This document shows, piece after piece, positions 13,323 through 29,921 of a stretch of 64,000 bases of DNA. The first letter of the stretch is position 1; every line of letters begins with the position of its first letter. Source of the DNA: Halocafeteria seosinensis (Eukaryota); NCBI GenBank assembly GCA_001687465.1, contig LVLI01000409.1, positions 1-64,000 of the forward strand, given 5' to 3'. The position numbers and the translations under genes were made by a program. The notes under the pieces were generated by a model that saw only the letters and a list, made by a program, of their open reading frames with translations, had not been told where the DNA came from and searched no databases.

Positions 13323-13632
13323 CGTTGGTGCGCAAAGGAACACAGCTGCGCTCGAACACAATGATTCCCTAATACTATACGGCAGACTAGCAAAACAAAA
13401 TTCAAAGCTGTCTTCGCCTACAGGTCAGCAAGAGCGGTACTTTGTTGGAAGTAATAAACCGCAGTTGGAACGCAAAGTGTCCGTCAAAAGTGCGCAACGG
13501 AAGATTGAAGTTTACATACAGCCTGATACAGGTGGATGTTGTAAGTCAACTTGTAACCACTACCCAGTACGTGCTTTGGATATTCGTTTAGTGAGGGTAT
13601 ATAAAACATTGCAAAGAGAAATGCGATTGCCT

Positions 13633-16600
13633 CTATTCCTCGTCAACACTACTATCACTGTCGTCCTCAGACTGCTTTCTTGCGGCTTTGGCCAACTGCC
13701 TCCTGTCTTGCTTACTCTTGTTACTACCTAACAAAATATCAGTACCATCTTCTAAAGAGACAACGCCGGCCCTCTTATCACGGGGAGTGGATTTTGCAGA
13801 AGAGTGCCGACAAGACGTTCCACTTTTATTACCTTTCTTTGTAGTTTGAGAATCTTCGGAAGCATCTCTCACATTCTCGACTTTCTTGTAAGCATCCTTC
13901 CACCCCCACACAAGCAACTTCTTCACAGTCTCCACAAGGTAGTTGGATGCCGCCACTTCTTCCTCACTTTGTTTTCCACTCACGTACGCTTCTATTAGGT
14001 CTTCTAAGGCATTGCGCGTCTTCATAAGGATAGATGCACTCTGTGGATCAGTGTAGAAGCGTTCCCCGCACAGCTCACTAGATTCAGCTACGCGGAATAA
14101 TCTGCGCCATCAAATCGTTCTTCCACAACAGCGAGAACTACCACATGTAATGGGAAAACTTACCGATGCTTCTTATTGTATCCTACACGAAACCTTCGCT
14201 CTTGTCTCCTGGAGCTTAGAAGGCCTCCCAACACAGCCGGATAGAGAGGAGGAACTGGAGACACCCCTTGCAAGAGCACTTTGTCGTTGGCACTCTTTGA
14301 CCTGCTTTGAAAGAGAAGGAACGGGAATGCTTTTGCCGTGGCATCAGGAATTCCCTTAGTCCCACTCAACGGGTCAATTGCTGCTTTTTCCTGCAGTAGT
14401 TGAACAAGCAAAACCGATAAAGGATAAGAGGAGTAGCAATCAGCGTCTAGTGTACATACCCCGGTAGCGGTAAAGAGACACATTCGCTGTTTGTCCTTCC
14501 TATTGCCCATCGTAGTAAATACAGCTCTGTTGAAACTAGTATATCCACCTGTCAATGCCGCCATGACAAAAGGCCAGGCTTGCTTTGGAGATAGAGCGTG
14601 AGGATTCACGTCGTCAAGGGGTGTCAAATCACGAGTGAGATATGAAAGCTGCCGCTGATACCGGAGTAATAACCAACATGTCTCGTAGGACAATTGATTG
14701 CGCCTTACAAATTCCCACGCCTCTTCAGTGTTCGTTACTTTCCTCGACGTATAGATTTCATCTTCGTTGTCATCAAGACCGGAAGAGACAACATTGTTTG
14801 TTGGCTGGCTCGTTTCTTCCCGAGGAGCAATCGCAGCAATGTTCTGCGATGAGACGCATTCTTCCTGCTCGGCTATTCCCATGGTTGACGCCCACTGCCA
14901 TATTGCCTCGACGGAGGCAAACAAGTCGCTTCGAAAGTTTTGGCCAAATTTTGTCTTAGCCTGTAGGATTCAAGAAATCGTTAGGGTAAATGGCAATGGG
15001 TATTCCCCGACGCCAGAGGAGGAACGTACCTGCTTTACCTCAGTCAGCTGCTTTCCATTCATAGCCATTAGAAATGGCTCTTTATAGCTCAGGACGGACA
15101 CAGCTAGAGAGGAGAACGTTCTCTCACCAAAAATTGAAGCAAGGAGCATCGTCTTACCGAGTTCTGGATCCAACGGCCACAAAGAAAACAGTTTTCCCAT
15201 TTCAGTAAGTGTCTCCTTCTTGTTACTGTTACTGCGCTTAGAAGCGACATGTATCGCTCCAAGATGTCGTAGTCTACCTAGCGCATGTGCTACGGAAACA
15301 GACGAGGGAGGGTCCAGTGCCTGCACAATGCCAATGCAAACAGCAAGAGGAAAAGAAATTGTCGATTTTGATTCTCAACTTGATAAGGATCACAGCAAAC
15401 CTTTTTGATCACTTTATTAACACTTGAATAGTTGTGGTCTAGATTCAAGGCCTTGATATACAGACACAAGCTTTCTAAAGGAGTCCTTAGGATCTCTGGT
15501 TTTGGAAACGCTGGCATTTGATAATAAAAGCGGTAGGCTGAAAACAAGTGGAAGCAAACACCCCAAGAAGTGCGGCCTGCTCGTCCTCTCCGTTGGATCG
15601 CATTGGCTTGGGATACAAATGCCGGCTCTAAAGACTTATCCTGCACATCGATGAACACAAAAGTCCGTACCCTAATTAACATTGCAGCCAACGTGAATGA
15701 CGGACCCTAGTAAGAGAAACAAAGTCCGATTGCTTGAATAGTCCGGAGTCAATGACGTAGCGAATCCTATCAATGGTAATCGAACTCTCTGCAACATTCG
15801 TTGCAATAACAACTTTCCGACAGCCTTGAGGAGCACTGCAAAGCATAAGGATGAAAGCGTCATACAGATATAAGGAAAATGCATCATATCCTCTTTTAAC
15901 TCACGGAGCAAAGATGGCTTTCTGAGCTTTGCTGTGAAGGTTGCCGTGGCACAAAACAGTTTCTACCCTCCCTTTCTCTCCCAGCAGCGGATGTCTCGTA
16001 ACCATATCTTGTAACTTCCTCATCGAAGACCAGCCTGGCAAGAAGATTAAGACTCCTGCTTCCTCCGGAGAGGTACCCTCTTGCAGTTCCAATGTCTGGG
16101 AGGAGGCATGGCGAGACACACTTTCTAATAAGGCACTCTCACGGTTCACTATGGATTCTAGTATGTGCACAATAAACCCAAAATGGACTGTAGGTTTCTT
16201 ATAAAGCTCCATTTCCAGCAGCGACTCGATGGAATCCGCCGAATAAGGTGTAAATGCACACCTCACTTCTCTGGAGATACCGGCTGAAGACGTGGCCAAG
16301 CTCTTGTCGGACAGCAGACAAATGAGATTGCTTAGCTCCGATTGTCTGAATTCTGGAAGCCGTCTTGTAACAGCGCCAGTTAGTATGTGTTTCAGAAGGG
16401 AACCAGTCGTTTCGTTGCCTGACGACGTTGATGAGTTATTCAAGCCATGGAATGACTTCATGAGATTGCTTAAGGTAGACGTGTTAGCGTCGCTGCTTGT
16501 GAGTCCTGCCAAGTCACAAAGCAATGCGAGTCCTTCACCATCCCAATTCCGACACAAACTGTGCCGTGAAGGAGTTTCTTTGGCAGACTTGCCAAGGCGC

Positions 16601-18891
16601 CGACTTGAGTTTGTTACACCGCAAAGTTCACCTCCACTTTGGGTGTATAGATGATCATATGCTGCAAGAAATCGCAAAAAAGTTCAACACGATCCCGTTA
16701 CAAATCCATCTTCTTGCAAAGCTTACAAGTCAACTGGATGGCATCCTCCAGGAAAAGAGTGGCAACCTTGTGTCCAGCGCTTGGTACTTGGAGGGTAGTA
16801 CAAGAAACGGGGCACGCTTTGTACTTTGCAAAATAGTCAGCAAAGCGTTGCGAGTCCAATGTAGCTGACATTATGACCACCCGTAGAGATGGTCGCCGTA
16901 CTAAAATATCTCTTATTGCAATTAGCAATAGGTCCGATTCCAAGGTGCGCTCGTGAACTTCGTCAATTAGGACGTGACTAAAACCCTGACAGCGACAACA
17001 ACAATGCAATTTCTTCGTAAACCAGCAAGCTTTCAACTGAATACTAAACTTACTTCTAAGTCAGGGTCACTAAGTAGCCATCGGAGTAGAATACCCGTAG
17101 TACAAAATACAACACCAGCGTTATCTGGTATTCTGCGGTCAAATCTAACCTGGTAGCCAACGCCTGGAAGTGCGGCATGGGCCTTAGCCAGTTGCTCGCT
17201 AGTGAGAGATTCGAGATTCCACATCCTATCGTGACTCACGGTAGAGCACCGCTCTTCAGCCACCCTGCAATAATATCATTTGCCAAACATACAAGAAGTA
17301 GGCGTAAAGGAGTTTATACATGAGAATTTACACACCTTTCTCCGACAGTGATAGCTGCAATTCGTCTCGGTTGTGTCACCGCAATACGACACGACGCTGC
17401 AGAGCCCTTTTTTAAGAAGGCATCCAGAATTATTTGCGGTACTTGTGTAGTTTTCCCACAGCCTGTAGAAGCAGAGGATCTGATTACCAAAACAATTCGT
17501 AAAGTTGGGCCTAGTTATCATCCTTGACCTTACCAGTTTCCCCGCAAATGACAGTGACTGCGTATTCGTCGACGGCGGAGATTATTCGGTCTTCCATTCT
17601 GCATGGGGAAACAGTAAAGTGCCCACGCGTGACGAGCATCTACCGAGAGTGAATTGTATGGACTGCTTACTGGTAAATTGGTAGACTCTTCCGGCCGGCT
17701 TCATATTGCCTAAAACGCGATGAAGAGCGAAGTTTGTCAAACGCTTCGGCCATTTCGGAATCTGAGTACATTGCCTTCGGACGAAGTTCATCCTCAGTGT
17801 GACCGTATTGCATTTCTTCTTCGTTCGCATTTGTTTCCTCATTGTTTTCTATCTCCAAACTTGGTGTTTCGGCTTCTACGACTTCCTCTTCTTGAGGATA
17901 ACGTTGTGGCGTGTGTAACCCATACACAGGTGTTTCCTGACTTTGTTCAGCGTTGAGTAGGCTAGAGGAAGGCTCTTTCTGACGGTTCTCTTCAGGGGTA
18001 CACACCGCATACCCAGTTTCTTCCCCTTGTCCTTCTGATTGGGAGCCTGAGTCATCTTCATGTTCTGAAGAATAGGCATCTGTTGACGAGGAACCTTCCT
18101 TGTCCGAGTCTGAATGCAATGCTGCATAGAACTGGGTGTCGGAGTACAAATCCCCACCATCGTCATCATCGCTGTCTACCTCCGACGACGTTGTCCCTTC
18201 TCTTTCATCTGTTTCACTGCCAAGGTCCAGTTCGCCGAACCGTTGAAACACCGAAGTACGGTTCCTTCTTCGCATGTCAAAATATGAATCGACAGCTGCT
18301 TCTAGCTCCATTCGCAGTTCTTTGGGTACGTATATTTTCGGTGGATCGCGAATTTTTTTGCCTGATGTCGTAAGCCCTGATAGACGAGAAGAAAAATCGA
18401 CATCACATACTATAGTCACGCAAGCTTCTGCACTTTCATTCTGACATACCTCGAATTGGCTTAATTCCAGCATACACACCAACATCATAATCTGACATCT
18501 CGCTTTCAGAACTCTCTTGGACGCCCTCGCCATTATGTTCATCCTCATCTGCGGCCACACTAGCGCTATTGTGTATATTACTCGGAGGTGTCGTCCAATT
18601 CTCCTGCTCCTCGGGAATCTCCACTTGCTTCCGATCGACGACAGGAACCTGTTGAACACGTCGGTTCACAATGGGTTTTCTCAATTCCGAGACCATGTGC
18701 ACTAGACTGCTCCTGTTCTTCTGGTCGGTAATGCCACACTCGTGTTCTAGTTCGTCATGCAAACGCTCTTTCCAACTGACAGATTGCCCTGGATGAGGGG
18801 CATGATGAGAAGGTGGGGTGTGCTTTTTCTTACCCCGGCTTCCAGCAGGAGTACCATGCCCTTTCTTTTTCTTCCCCTTGTTTTTACCCAT
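13633..18891 (-). CDS. DEAH/RHA-family ATP-dependent RNA helicase (DHX36/DHX57/DHX29-like), multi-exon
   Basis: Spliced [62 protein letters not shown] and HA2-like [15 protein letters not shown]. Confidence 0.9.
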
Positions 18892-19251
18892 GATTATTGC
18901 ACACAATCCCAAGGCAGGATAAACACAAGCCAATATCTAATTATTACCCTGAACCAAACGATACTAGACAGGAAGTAAACTCTGTACAACTGCATTGTGA
19001 AGCGACAAAATCTTCAAGAGCTACTTTTTCAAACGTGCGCACACTTCAAGCCATACAACTCGATACAAGAATCTTGGACGAACTTAGTTGTTGGTTTTGC
19101 CAACCTTTGTTAGCAGTACGTCACGTTGATCTGAACAGGCAGGGCTGGGTGACTAAATCCCACTCCTAAGTTTGTCTATTGGCTACTTACATTTCAAGAT
19201 GCTAGGCAAGCTTTACATTACATGGGGTCAAATAGAACGACATTCACCACA

Positions 19252-20494
19252 CTATTTTTGGTGCGATCGCGGCGGCGATGAGGCCCTTGCTGCACCTAAC
19301 GCATGTGCTATTCTGAATTCGAGTGAACCTTCGTCGTGCTGAGCGGTATTCATCGACACTGAAACTGATTCTGTCGGCGCCATATCGTCATCGGTGTCGT
19401 CTGTATCATCACTGTACTCTTTCTCATCGCCTGGCGCTGATACACTAGGAGGCGACGATTGGTTGTATAGTTCCACTTGATGAATAGGGGAGCGGTTGTT
19501 ATCTTCTTTTGCACGTTGACTTCCTTCTGTAGTAACAGCAGCAGTGGAATTGCCGTCGTGACCTTTGTCCTGAATCGAACGTGAAATACGAGGCTCTGGA
19601 CTCCCCTGTTCTTGTGCACTACTACAAGTACCACTATCCTTCATGTCCGAAAGACTTTTCTGTACAGCACTCCTTACAGCTTCATCGCTAAACTCCGCTC
19701 CTCCTTCAGCTTTCAGAGTGTTGGCTATCGCACGACTTAAAGCATCTATCGAATACGAGCGTGGGGATGCACTCATTTGTCCCGTGGCCACCGACCCACT
19801 TGGCGATTGCATTGATCCTTGATGCTTTTGCGTACGATCTGTCTTGCGGGGTTTGTCCGTGTATTCAGACACATTAGGTCGATTAAAACGAGATGTTAAG
19901 TTTCTCTTGGGCAGCCTTCCAGAGCTCGCCACCGGGGGTTCTGCGGGCCTAGCAGATACGGGTCTCCGGCTCCTTCGGCGTTCCATGTCTGCCGAACTAC
20001 TAGTATGCTTGTTTTGGCTACGAACGGTAGTAGCTCGAAGCCATGAATCGGTGTTTTGATCCATCGTATCCTGAATATAAACATTATGAGATTTTCGAAT
20101 CCATGGGTTACTGGCCCCTGGACGGCCGTACACCGGGCTGGGATAATACGCGCCGGGGCCATCATGCTGAATTTCTTTCTCCTCTTCCTGAATCCGAAAT
20201 GGAGGTGCTAACAGTATCTCGTCTCTCATTATTGTTTGTGTCAACGTCTGATGGACATCACGCCCCGTGCTTCCAAACGAAGTGACTTTCTGTCGAGGGA
20301 ACCGGCCAGGTGATTCTGCAAAAGCATAGTTCAACAGCACGCGCAACGACAAACCAATTCGCGTCACAGTATGTTTCATGCGATGAGTAGTCACACTCTG
20401 TACACGTACGTCGAACATTTGTGCGTCTCCTCGAAGATGCTGAGATTGAGCGTTGGGGAGTAGCTGCTCCGGGATACTGCATTTCTACATACAA
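19252..20494 (-). CDS. Uncharacterised low-complexity protein with one PGAY (SHIPPO-like) motif; 5' end uncertain
   Basis: 388-codon ORF containing DGPGAYYP; no firm family assignment. Confidence 0.5.
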
Positions 20495-20901
20495 GGTCTA
20501 TACGTTCCTACACGGTTCCCTTCGACCAAATGCCATGATAGAATACAACATCACATGCATATTGCAAACACTGCAATAGAGGGTACAATGCCATTGGTTG
20601 TACACAATTGACAGGTGCTCGTCTGTGAACTTCGGTTCCAACCGTCATTCGTAAAAGAATGGTGCTGAATGAAAGCGCTGACAGTACACAATGCATGTAG
20701 CAAGTTAGTCAGTTATGTTGGATTCGTTCGATCCTTGTGAGAATAGTTCCATCTTGTAGAATGGACTGTTAGAGGACTCCAGTGGGGTTTGTGGCATCCA
20801 AAACGCGCCCTTGCCGTTAACCTTGCGCTTGGGTCGAGGTCAGCTTGAGGAATCCCCTTTGTAGCAGGCTGTGTTCACGGTACAAGAGTGCTGAAATCAG
20901 G

Positions 20902-21487
20902 ATGACAGACACTACACGTAATCATGGCTCAACGGCCGGAGGTGGAAGTACTTATGAGGATGAAGGCGACGCACTGATACAAAAGCCGTATAGGAGACAG
21001 GTTGGGAAGTATGCGCAGAACCACGGTATTCAAAGACCCAGACCAAAGGTCAACACTACGACGGAAGAAGAACGAAGGAAACAAGAGGAACAGAGAAAAC
21101 AACATGCAGACTTCGAGAAACCGGCGCCCCTCGCATCGACGGCGTACAGCCATTCTGAGCTGAAGAATGCTTTCCGGTCAAACATCCGTCACTTCCATGA
21201 CCCGGAAGGTTAGTTACTTAACTATGCTTTAACTCACGTTTTCTTCGTTACGTAATTGTTCTGTCCAGACCGTTTCGAGTTTCCGATGACGTCGAATCAA
21301 GAAGTGGGATGGGGAGCGAAGAAGATGCCTCCTACAAAGTAGGTAGTTCTTCCATTTCAGCCCTAGCACATCTTGATCTACTAATTTTTGCTTCTTGTTG
21401 TGCAGGTATAAGTGTCCATTGAAATCATCTCAGCTGACAAAGGTCGCAGAAAAACTATACCAAGTGCATGGACACGAAAAACATTAA
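20902..21487 (+). CDS. Small protein with a FAM183/CFAP144-like ciliary microtubule-inner-protein motif, 3 exons
   Basis: Spliced ...HDPE-DRFEFPMTSNQEVGW...YKCPLKSSQLTKVAEKLY..., with TAA at 21485. Confidence 0.5.
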
Positions 21488-21715
21488 TGGTGGTGCTAGA
21501 GGTCCTTGTCAAAATATCATCGATGGCTCTAGAAGTCACCTTAGGGAATATGTCCAGGGTGATAACACTATGGTCACATCAATTAGATGCAGTTGCAAAG
21601 CAAGCTGCTTTTCTATGGTTGGGCTGAAGACAACCGTATAGAGTTCACGAAGCATACACCAGCAAGAAGTATTTTGTAAGAGAGCAAAATACACTGACAT
21701 AGGCTGAACTACTCG

Positions 21716-23185
21716 CTAAAGCTTGGTGCTTGTATCTCTACATTTTTCCAAAAATAAAGAGATCTTACTAGTAATCTCGGGTGCTGTGTCAGGCTCCAGG
21801 TGCAAGTGATGGCCTGCCTTTTCATAGTGTTCTGCTTGGAAATATGTAGCAGCCTTTTTTATCCTCTGCAAACGATGTTCCATCATATTCCGGCTATAAG
21901 GCCAACCTCTTCCAGCTGTGACAAGAAGCATGGGAGATTTGGTAGAATCTAAGTACGCACAGGCCTGTTCCTCTGAAAGGTATATAGGAGAGCGTTCGGA
22001 AAGTCGCATGTCGTGCTTGAATTGGACCCGTTGACTTGCCGCTTCCTCCTTGACCCCGCGCTTCACTATTGGATATGCACTCTCTTTCGTCAAAAATTGA
22101 TGCCCTGGATAGGCACGTACGGCTTCGCAGCGAGCCTGTCGGCACGAAACAGAGAGTAGCATAGTAATGCATTATACTTCATCCCAGTAAAACAAACCAC
22201 GACTCACCTTAATCGCCTCCTCCAGAGAGTTGTAATACTTTGTCGATTTACTCCTCAAGACGGAGGAGGAGACAACCGCGTTCCTTAGCGATTCTGCGAC
22301 AGAAACGAAACGGCATACAGACATTTCACAAATTACCTTAGCCACCCGCGATCATCATTCTTACCTGGACCTTGGTCCTCGGATTTTGCTAGGATTCCCA
22401 GAGCCTCTACGTACACGACACCACTCAGTTGATCATGCAAGGTCCCCGATACAATAGAGGCTATCGCACCTCCCAGACTATGTCCAAGCAAGAACACACG
22501 ATGTGTATCTGGCGCCTTCAGATCATCGGAAATCCATCTCATTGCTTTTAGACACTCTAGCACATCAATTGCGTAAAGTAGGGCAATGTACGGAGTATCT
22601 TCTCTTCTGTGGCTGCTATTTCCGTGTCCGGCAAAGTCCAAAGAGACAATGTGATACCCTCGTTGGCTAAGTTCTCCTGCAGCCCGTACCCATGTTGCTG
22701 CATTATCCTTCCAACCGTGTAAACCTGTCTCAAGGAAGTGTCACACCATGATGACTCCAACATATGCACCAGGTTCAGCGTGTGCACCTTACAAACTATC
22801 TTGTCCGGCGAATCAGGATCACCCCATTGTAGTCCGGCAATCGTTAAACCTGCACTCAGCCAATTACACACTTAAGGGTTGTATCATGCTTGTATGTTGA
22901 CGTCCGCATGCCCACTCAACCAAGCGTTCCGCTAATAACTCCGATGGGTATGGCAATCTTACCTGGAATATCCACTGAGAATGGTGTCGCTCCAAATTCG
23001 CGTGCTTTTTCTAATTCGGAATCAGTGCTTCCATCCATCTTGCTAGTGGCTGTACTGAAGAATTGCGTTGTAAACCGATTTCCTGGAACACCCAACCCCA
23101 ATGGTACAATCAGTCCTTTAGAAAGATACCGTCTCAAAGATAAAGCTATCAGTGAAGAAGACCACTTTGTACATCGATGGAGCAT
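21716..23185 (-). CDS. Alpha/beta-fold serine hydrolase (SERHL-like), multi-exon
   Basis: DFAGHGNSSH, nucleophile elbow GHSLGG and catalytic His motif GHHLHLE. Confidence 0.85.
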
Positions 23186-23412
23186 CCTAGAGTACACTAA
23201 ACACTATTGAACAAAATCTGTGTGTATATATACCGCCGAAAAACTTCATTTTTCAATCCTTTCGTCCCACTTGAACCTATGCAGTAGAACTCGTCCCCAA
23301 GGATTTGTTCATCAGACAACATACAGCTCCCTGCTCGTTCCTCGCACATTACTCTCTGTGTGTGTGAGCTTTTGTGTTGTGTATACTCAGTCACGCTCTC
23401 GCTGTCTGAAGA

Positions 23413-25259
23413 ATGTCTTCCTCCAATGCGCTCGGAGACCGCGTAAGTTGCACTGGTTTCTCCCCCGTCCTGCTCGGTATGTACACTTTGCAGAGTTGGT
23501 ACAGATTTCGGACTGGTGCCGTAAAATCGAAGAGTATGTTCGGGAGAACCCAGGTCGAGCTATTTTGTATTCCAATGCCGCCACGTCAGCGTTTTTCCTC
23601 TATAAAGTGGCTCAGCGGCACGGAGGAATTGTTCCCGCTGTCAAGAAATCGACCTTTGCGCTGATTCGAGCAATTCCTTTTGCTCAAGGAGCGATCGACA
23701 AGGAGACTGCAAAATTTGCGGATAAGATCAAAGAGGAAATGCTGGGTGATATGGAGCATGAGACAAGAATTCCAACACTTCCGAGGCAGTCCATGACCAA
23801 AGCCGCAATCTTTCAGGAACTCAAGGAGAAAGCTGACAAGGAGCATGAAAAATGGGAGGGAGGAAAGGTTTCCGGTACCGTCTATCATGGCGGACAAGAC
23901 CTAGTCGACATAATTGCTCAAGCGTACCATCACTTTTGCTTATCCAATCCTCTCCACCCTGACGTGTTCCCTTCCACTCGGAGAATGGAAGCGGAAGTAG
24001 TAGCATGGGCGGCTAAACTTTTCGGAGGAGACGAGAACAGCTGCGGCACAATGACAACGGGAGGCACTGAAAGCATTCTCATGGCTTGTAGATCCTATCG
24101 TGAACGGGCAAGTGAATTCAAGGGGATCAGCTGCCCTAATATGGTGATTCCGCGCACTGCCCATGCGGCCTTCGATAAGGCTTGCGATTATTTCGGTATT
24201 GAGAAGAGGCATGTGGACGTGGATCAAACAACATTCAAAATTGATCCCAAGAAAATGGCTAAGAGTATTGACAGCAACACTATCATGATTGTTGGTAGTG
24301 CGCCTGCATTTCCCCAAGGAGTGATGGATCCAAGTGAGTGCTCAAAGAACTGTTTTCTATTGTTGCCTTAAACCACATTATCTACTCGCTGCTGAAAACT
24401 CTTTACATGGATCACAGTCAAAGAGCTGTCGGACATTGCTCTTGAGAAAAACGTTCCTCTTCATGTCGATTGTTGTTTGGGGAGCTTCCTGATACCCTTT
24501 GCTAAAGAAGCCGGTTATCCCGTTCCGTCTTTCGACTTTACTAACCCTGTACGTCTTGTGTATCCACTAGAACGGGGCCTCGAATTGATAACGTTGTTGT
24601 GTATTTGTGTTGCGCAGGGTGTCACTTCCATCTCAGCCGACACGCACAAGTATGGATTCGCTCCCAAGGGAAGCTCTGTAGTCTTGTACAGAGACACGTC
24701 TTATCGCCGATACCAGTACTACGTGGCAGCTGAGTGGACTGGTGGTGTGTACGCCTCTCCGACCATATCGGGAAGCAGAGCCGGAGGTGTTATTGCCGGT
24801 ACATGGGCAGCCATGCTGTCAGTTGGGCAAGATGGCTATGTTGCGACCGCGAAACAAATTTTGAAGGGGGCGCAAACAATTGCCAATGGTATTCGCTCAA
24901 TGGAAGATGTCGAGTTATACGGAGAGCCAGACTTGTCGGTGGTCTGTTTTGGTCCTTCGAGGAAGAGTCGCTCCCCCATGAATATCTACGGCATCAGCGA
25001 TGCCATGAGCAAGAAGAACTGGAATCTAAACCTGCTTCAATACCCAGCAAGCATTCATATTTGTGTAACTTATGCTAACTGCAAAATGGCAGAGCAATTC
25101 TTGGAAGATCTCCGAAACGCCATCGCTGAGGTTAAAGCCGATCCTGAGAAATTTTCCAAGGGATCTGCTGCAGTGTATGGTATGGCTGCTTCATTGCCGG
25201 ATAAAGCTCCCGTCCGCCAAATTGCGGCCTCGTTTATTGACGCGTTGTATACTGTATAA
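23413..25259 (+). CDS. SGPL1: Sphingosine-1-phosphate lyase, multi-exon
   Basis: GKVSGTVYHGG, SNPLHPDVFP, TTGGTESILMA and PLP-lysine motif SADTHKYGFAPKG. Confidence 0.95.
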
Positions 25260-25269
25260 CCTTGAGGTT

Positions 25270-26558
25270 TTAAGACTCGTAGTAAAACAATTTGACTCGA
25301 TGCATGAACTTTTCCGGAAGTTCTGCAAGTTTAAACCTTACATGAACGCAAGTCGAACCACTCAACGAAGAAGATTCGTGCTTACCTCGCTCAGGCCCAA
25401 AGTACATCCAATAGCCGGTCTTCTTACTCTTCAAGCCGGCAAAGAGTCCTGAGCTTTTCCAACGCTCAGGAATCTCACCAACATGTCCCTTATATTCCAT
25501 TAGGTCTCTCCAGCCGGCCTCTTGCATACGAAACGCTGAATAAGAAGAGGAACGAGGAATTCTGTTTTGTCGTTTGATATAGCGGAACATTGTGAGCTTA
25601 GTACTAACCATTTTCAACATCGGGAGACCACTCCTCCGCTCTCACCATTTTGACTGGTTCCTGTATCGGACCAACACTGGCTGTTTCGCGTGGTAGGCGA
25701 CCATTGTCTAAAGAATGTTGTTCTGCTGTTACTGTAGTAGCAGAGTATCAAGAGACAGACAAGCGACTGATGCAATAGAAGCAAGAGAATCGTACCTGTG
25801 TTAGAATCTACTATTGCATGCGGCTCGTTGGAGCCCCCTTGGCGCGGTTCAGAAAACGCAGCTAAACTTTGTACAGTCAAATCTACTTGAGTTTCGTTTT
25901 CGCTCGTTCCCGATCTTACAGGAGAGAATGAGCCCTCAAAGGCTGTCGCCGCTTTGCCATTCGCGTTTCCTAGTTCGGCTCTCCCTTTTCGAAAAGATGA
26001 GGAATACGATCCACCACTCTTAGGTCCCGAGCCTGAGCGCAGCGGGGGAAGAGTCCCATTTTGAGCAGCAAAGTTTCGAATGCCTTGATGCGATTGTCGA
26101 AGGGTTAAGCCGTTAGAATGTACCTGCTCCTCACCAGTTGCAGCATTCTTGTTCGTTGTCGTTCCTCTCTGGCCACCACCTCCTCCTCCTCCTGAGGCCA
26201 CACGAACTTTCGCTCCACTTGTTACAGCACCGGTATTTCCCACTTTTCTGCTCGAATTTAACGAGGGGCCTTTCCCATGGTGGCCTTGTCGCTGCCTTCG
26301 GGAAGAGGACGACGGCGTTTGTTGGTGCTGTGTGGGCCGGTCGCTTCTACCGCTTCCGGGATTCCCTTCGGCTCCGACGATGGAGCAAGCACTGATGTGA
26401 ATGGGAGATGTCATTCCTGTCTGCTGAGATGTACCCCCCTGTCCGCCTCCTCTCGGGTACCATCCTTGATTAGACTGTCTTCGTGGTCTGTGGACCGACG
26501 CAGAGCCCTGTCGTTGACCACTGTTTGCTCCTATTTCCAGTTGCGGGCGAGAACTCAT
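25270..26558 (-). CDS. MEIG1: MEIG1-domain protein with a long disordered N-terminus, 4 exons
   Basis: The spliced C-terminus PVKMVRAEEWSPDVENAFRMQEAGWRDLMEY...ERW...YWMYFGPERELPEKFMHRVKLFYY parallels MEIG1 (WSEEIENLYRFQQAGYRD..EY...RW...RECDDKEVHKVKIYAY). Confidence 0.75.
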
Positions 26559-26871
26559 ACTCCTTATGTTCTCCCTCTCTCTATATTTGTGTGTAATCTA
26601 TGTGTATAACCCCTTCAAATCCTTCATGCAACAGACGATATCATCGCGTGGGGAGAAATTCCTTGTCATTGGGGCTCACTCACTAACATTACCATCTACT
26701 GGGATCACCATCAGACATTAGAACGTGGATATAAGCACCAATCTATTCAAAGTATGCACTGTGCTGTATACAATGGTTCGGAAGAAACTCGACAAGACAA
26801 CTTCACAAATATGTTAAAGCATACAGTGTTGTTGTATACGCCGAGTTTTTAGACAATATGGTCATTTGTAG

Positions 26872-29399
<2,528 letters not shown>

Positions 29400-29921
29400 A
29401 ATAGCCCGTTCTGAGTGCATCGAGCCTTTGGCATTACACTAAGTGTTAGGTAAACGCTATACCAGAATGAGCGCGAGATGCTTCGGGTAGACTCTAAAGG
29501 AGGAGTGAGGAAAACTCTTGGAAACCGGCTGTGTGTATTATTGGTGTTAGATATGGTGCGTTGGAGCGGGCACTCATTGCAATGGACCCGATCATTTGCC
29601 AATGCGACATCTCTTATCTGTGACGGTACACTTGCAAGGATCTAACTTTTGAGGCTATGGCCAACGGGGTAGGGTGAACGACTGTAACGTATTTGCTTTA
29701 CCTCTGAGTGCCTCAGAATGGTCTGAAAGTTAATATTTTCTGCACGTCAACAGCGTGTTGACTTCCAACACCACTGTCAGTTAAAGTACACGTCAACCAT
29801 GAAGCGGTGATTGTTTTAGATTCTGAAAGATTTCTACCTTGGTCGGATTTAGTTCATAATGAATTCACAGAAAGGTTTACACCAACAGAAATGCTTTTTG
29901 AATGATATATCATCGATCCGT

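Noticed and set aside
29755..29771. Hairpin GTGTTG-ACTTC-CAACAC, similar to the histone element
   Set aside because: It lacks the GG/CC base and conserved flanks, is far from a stop codon, and occurs once.
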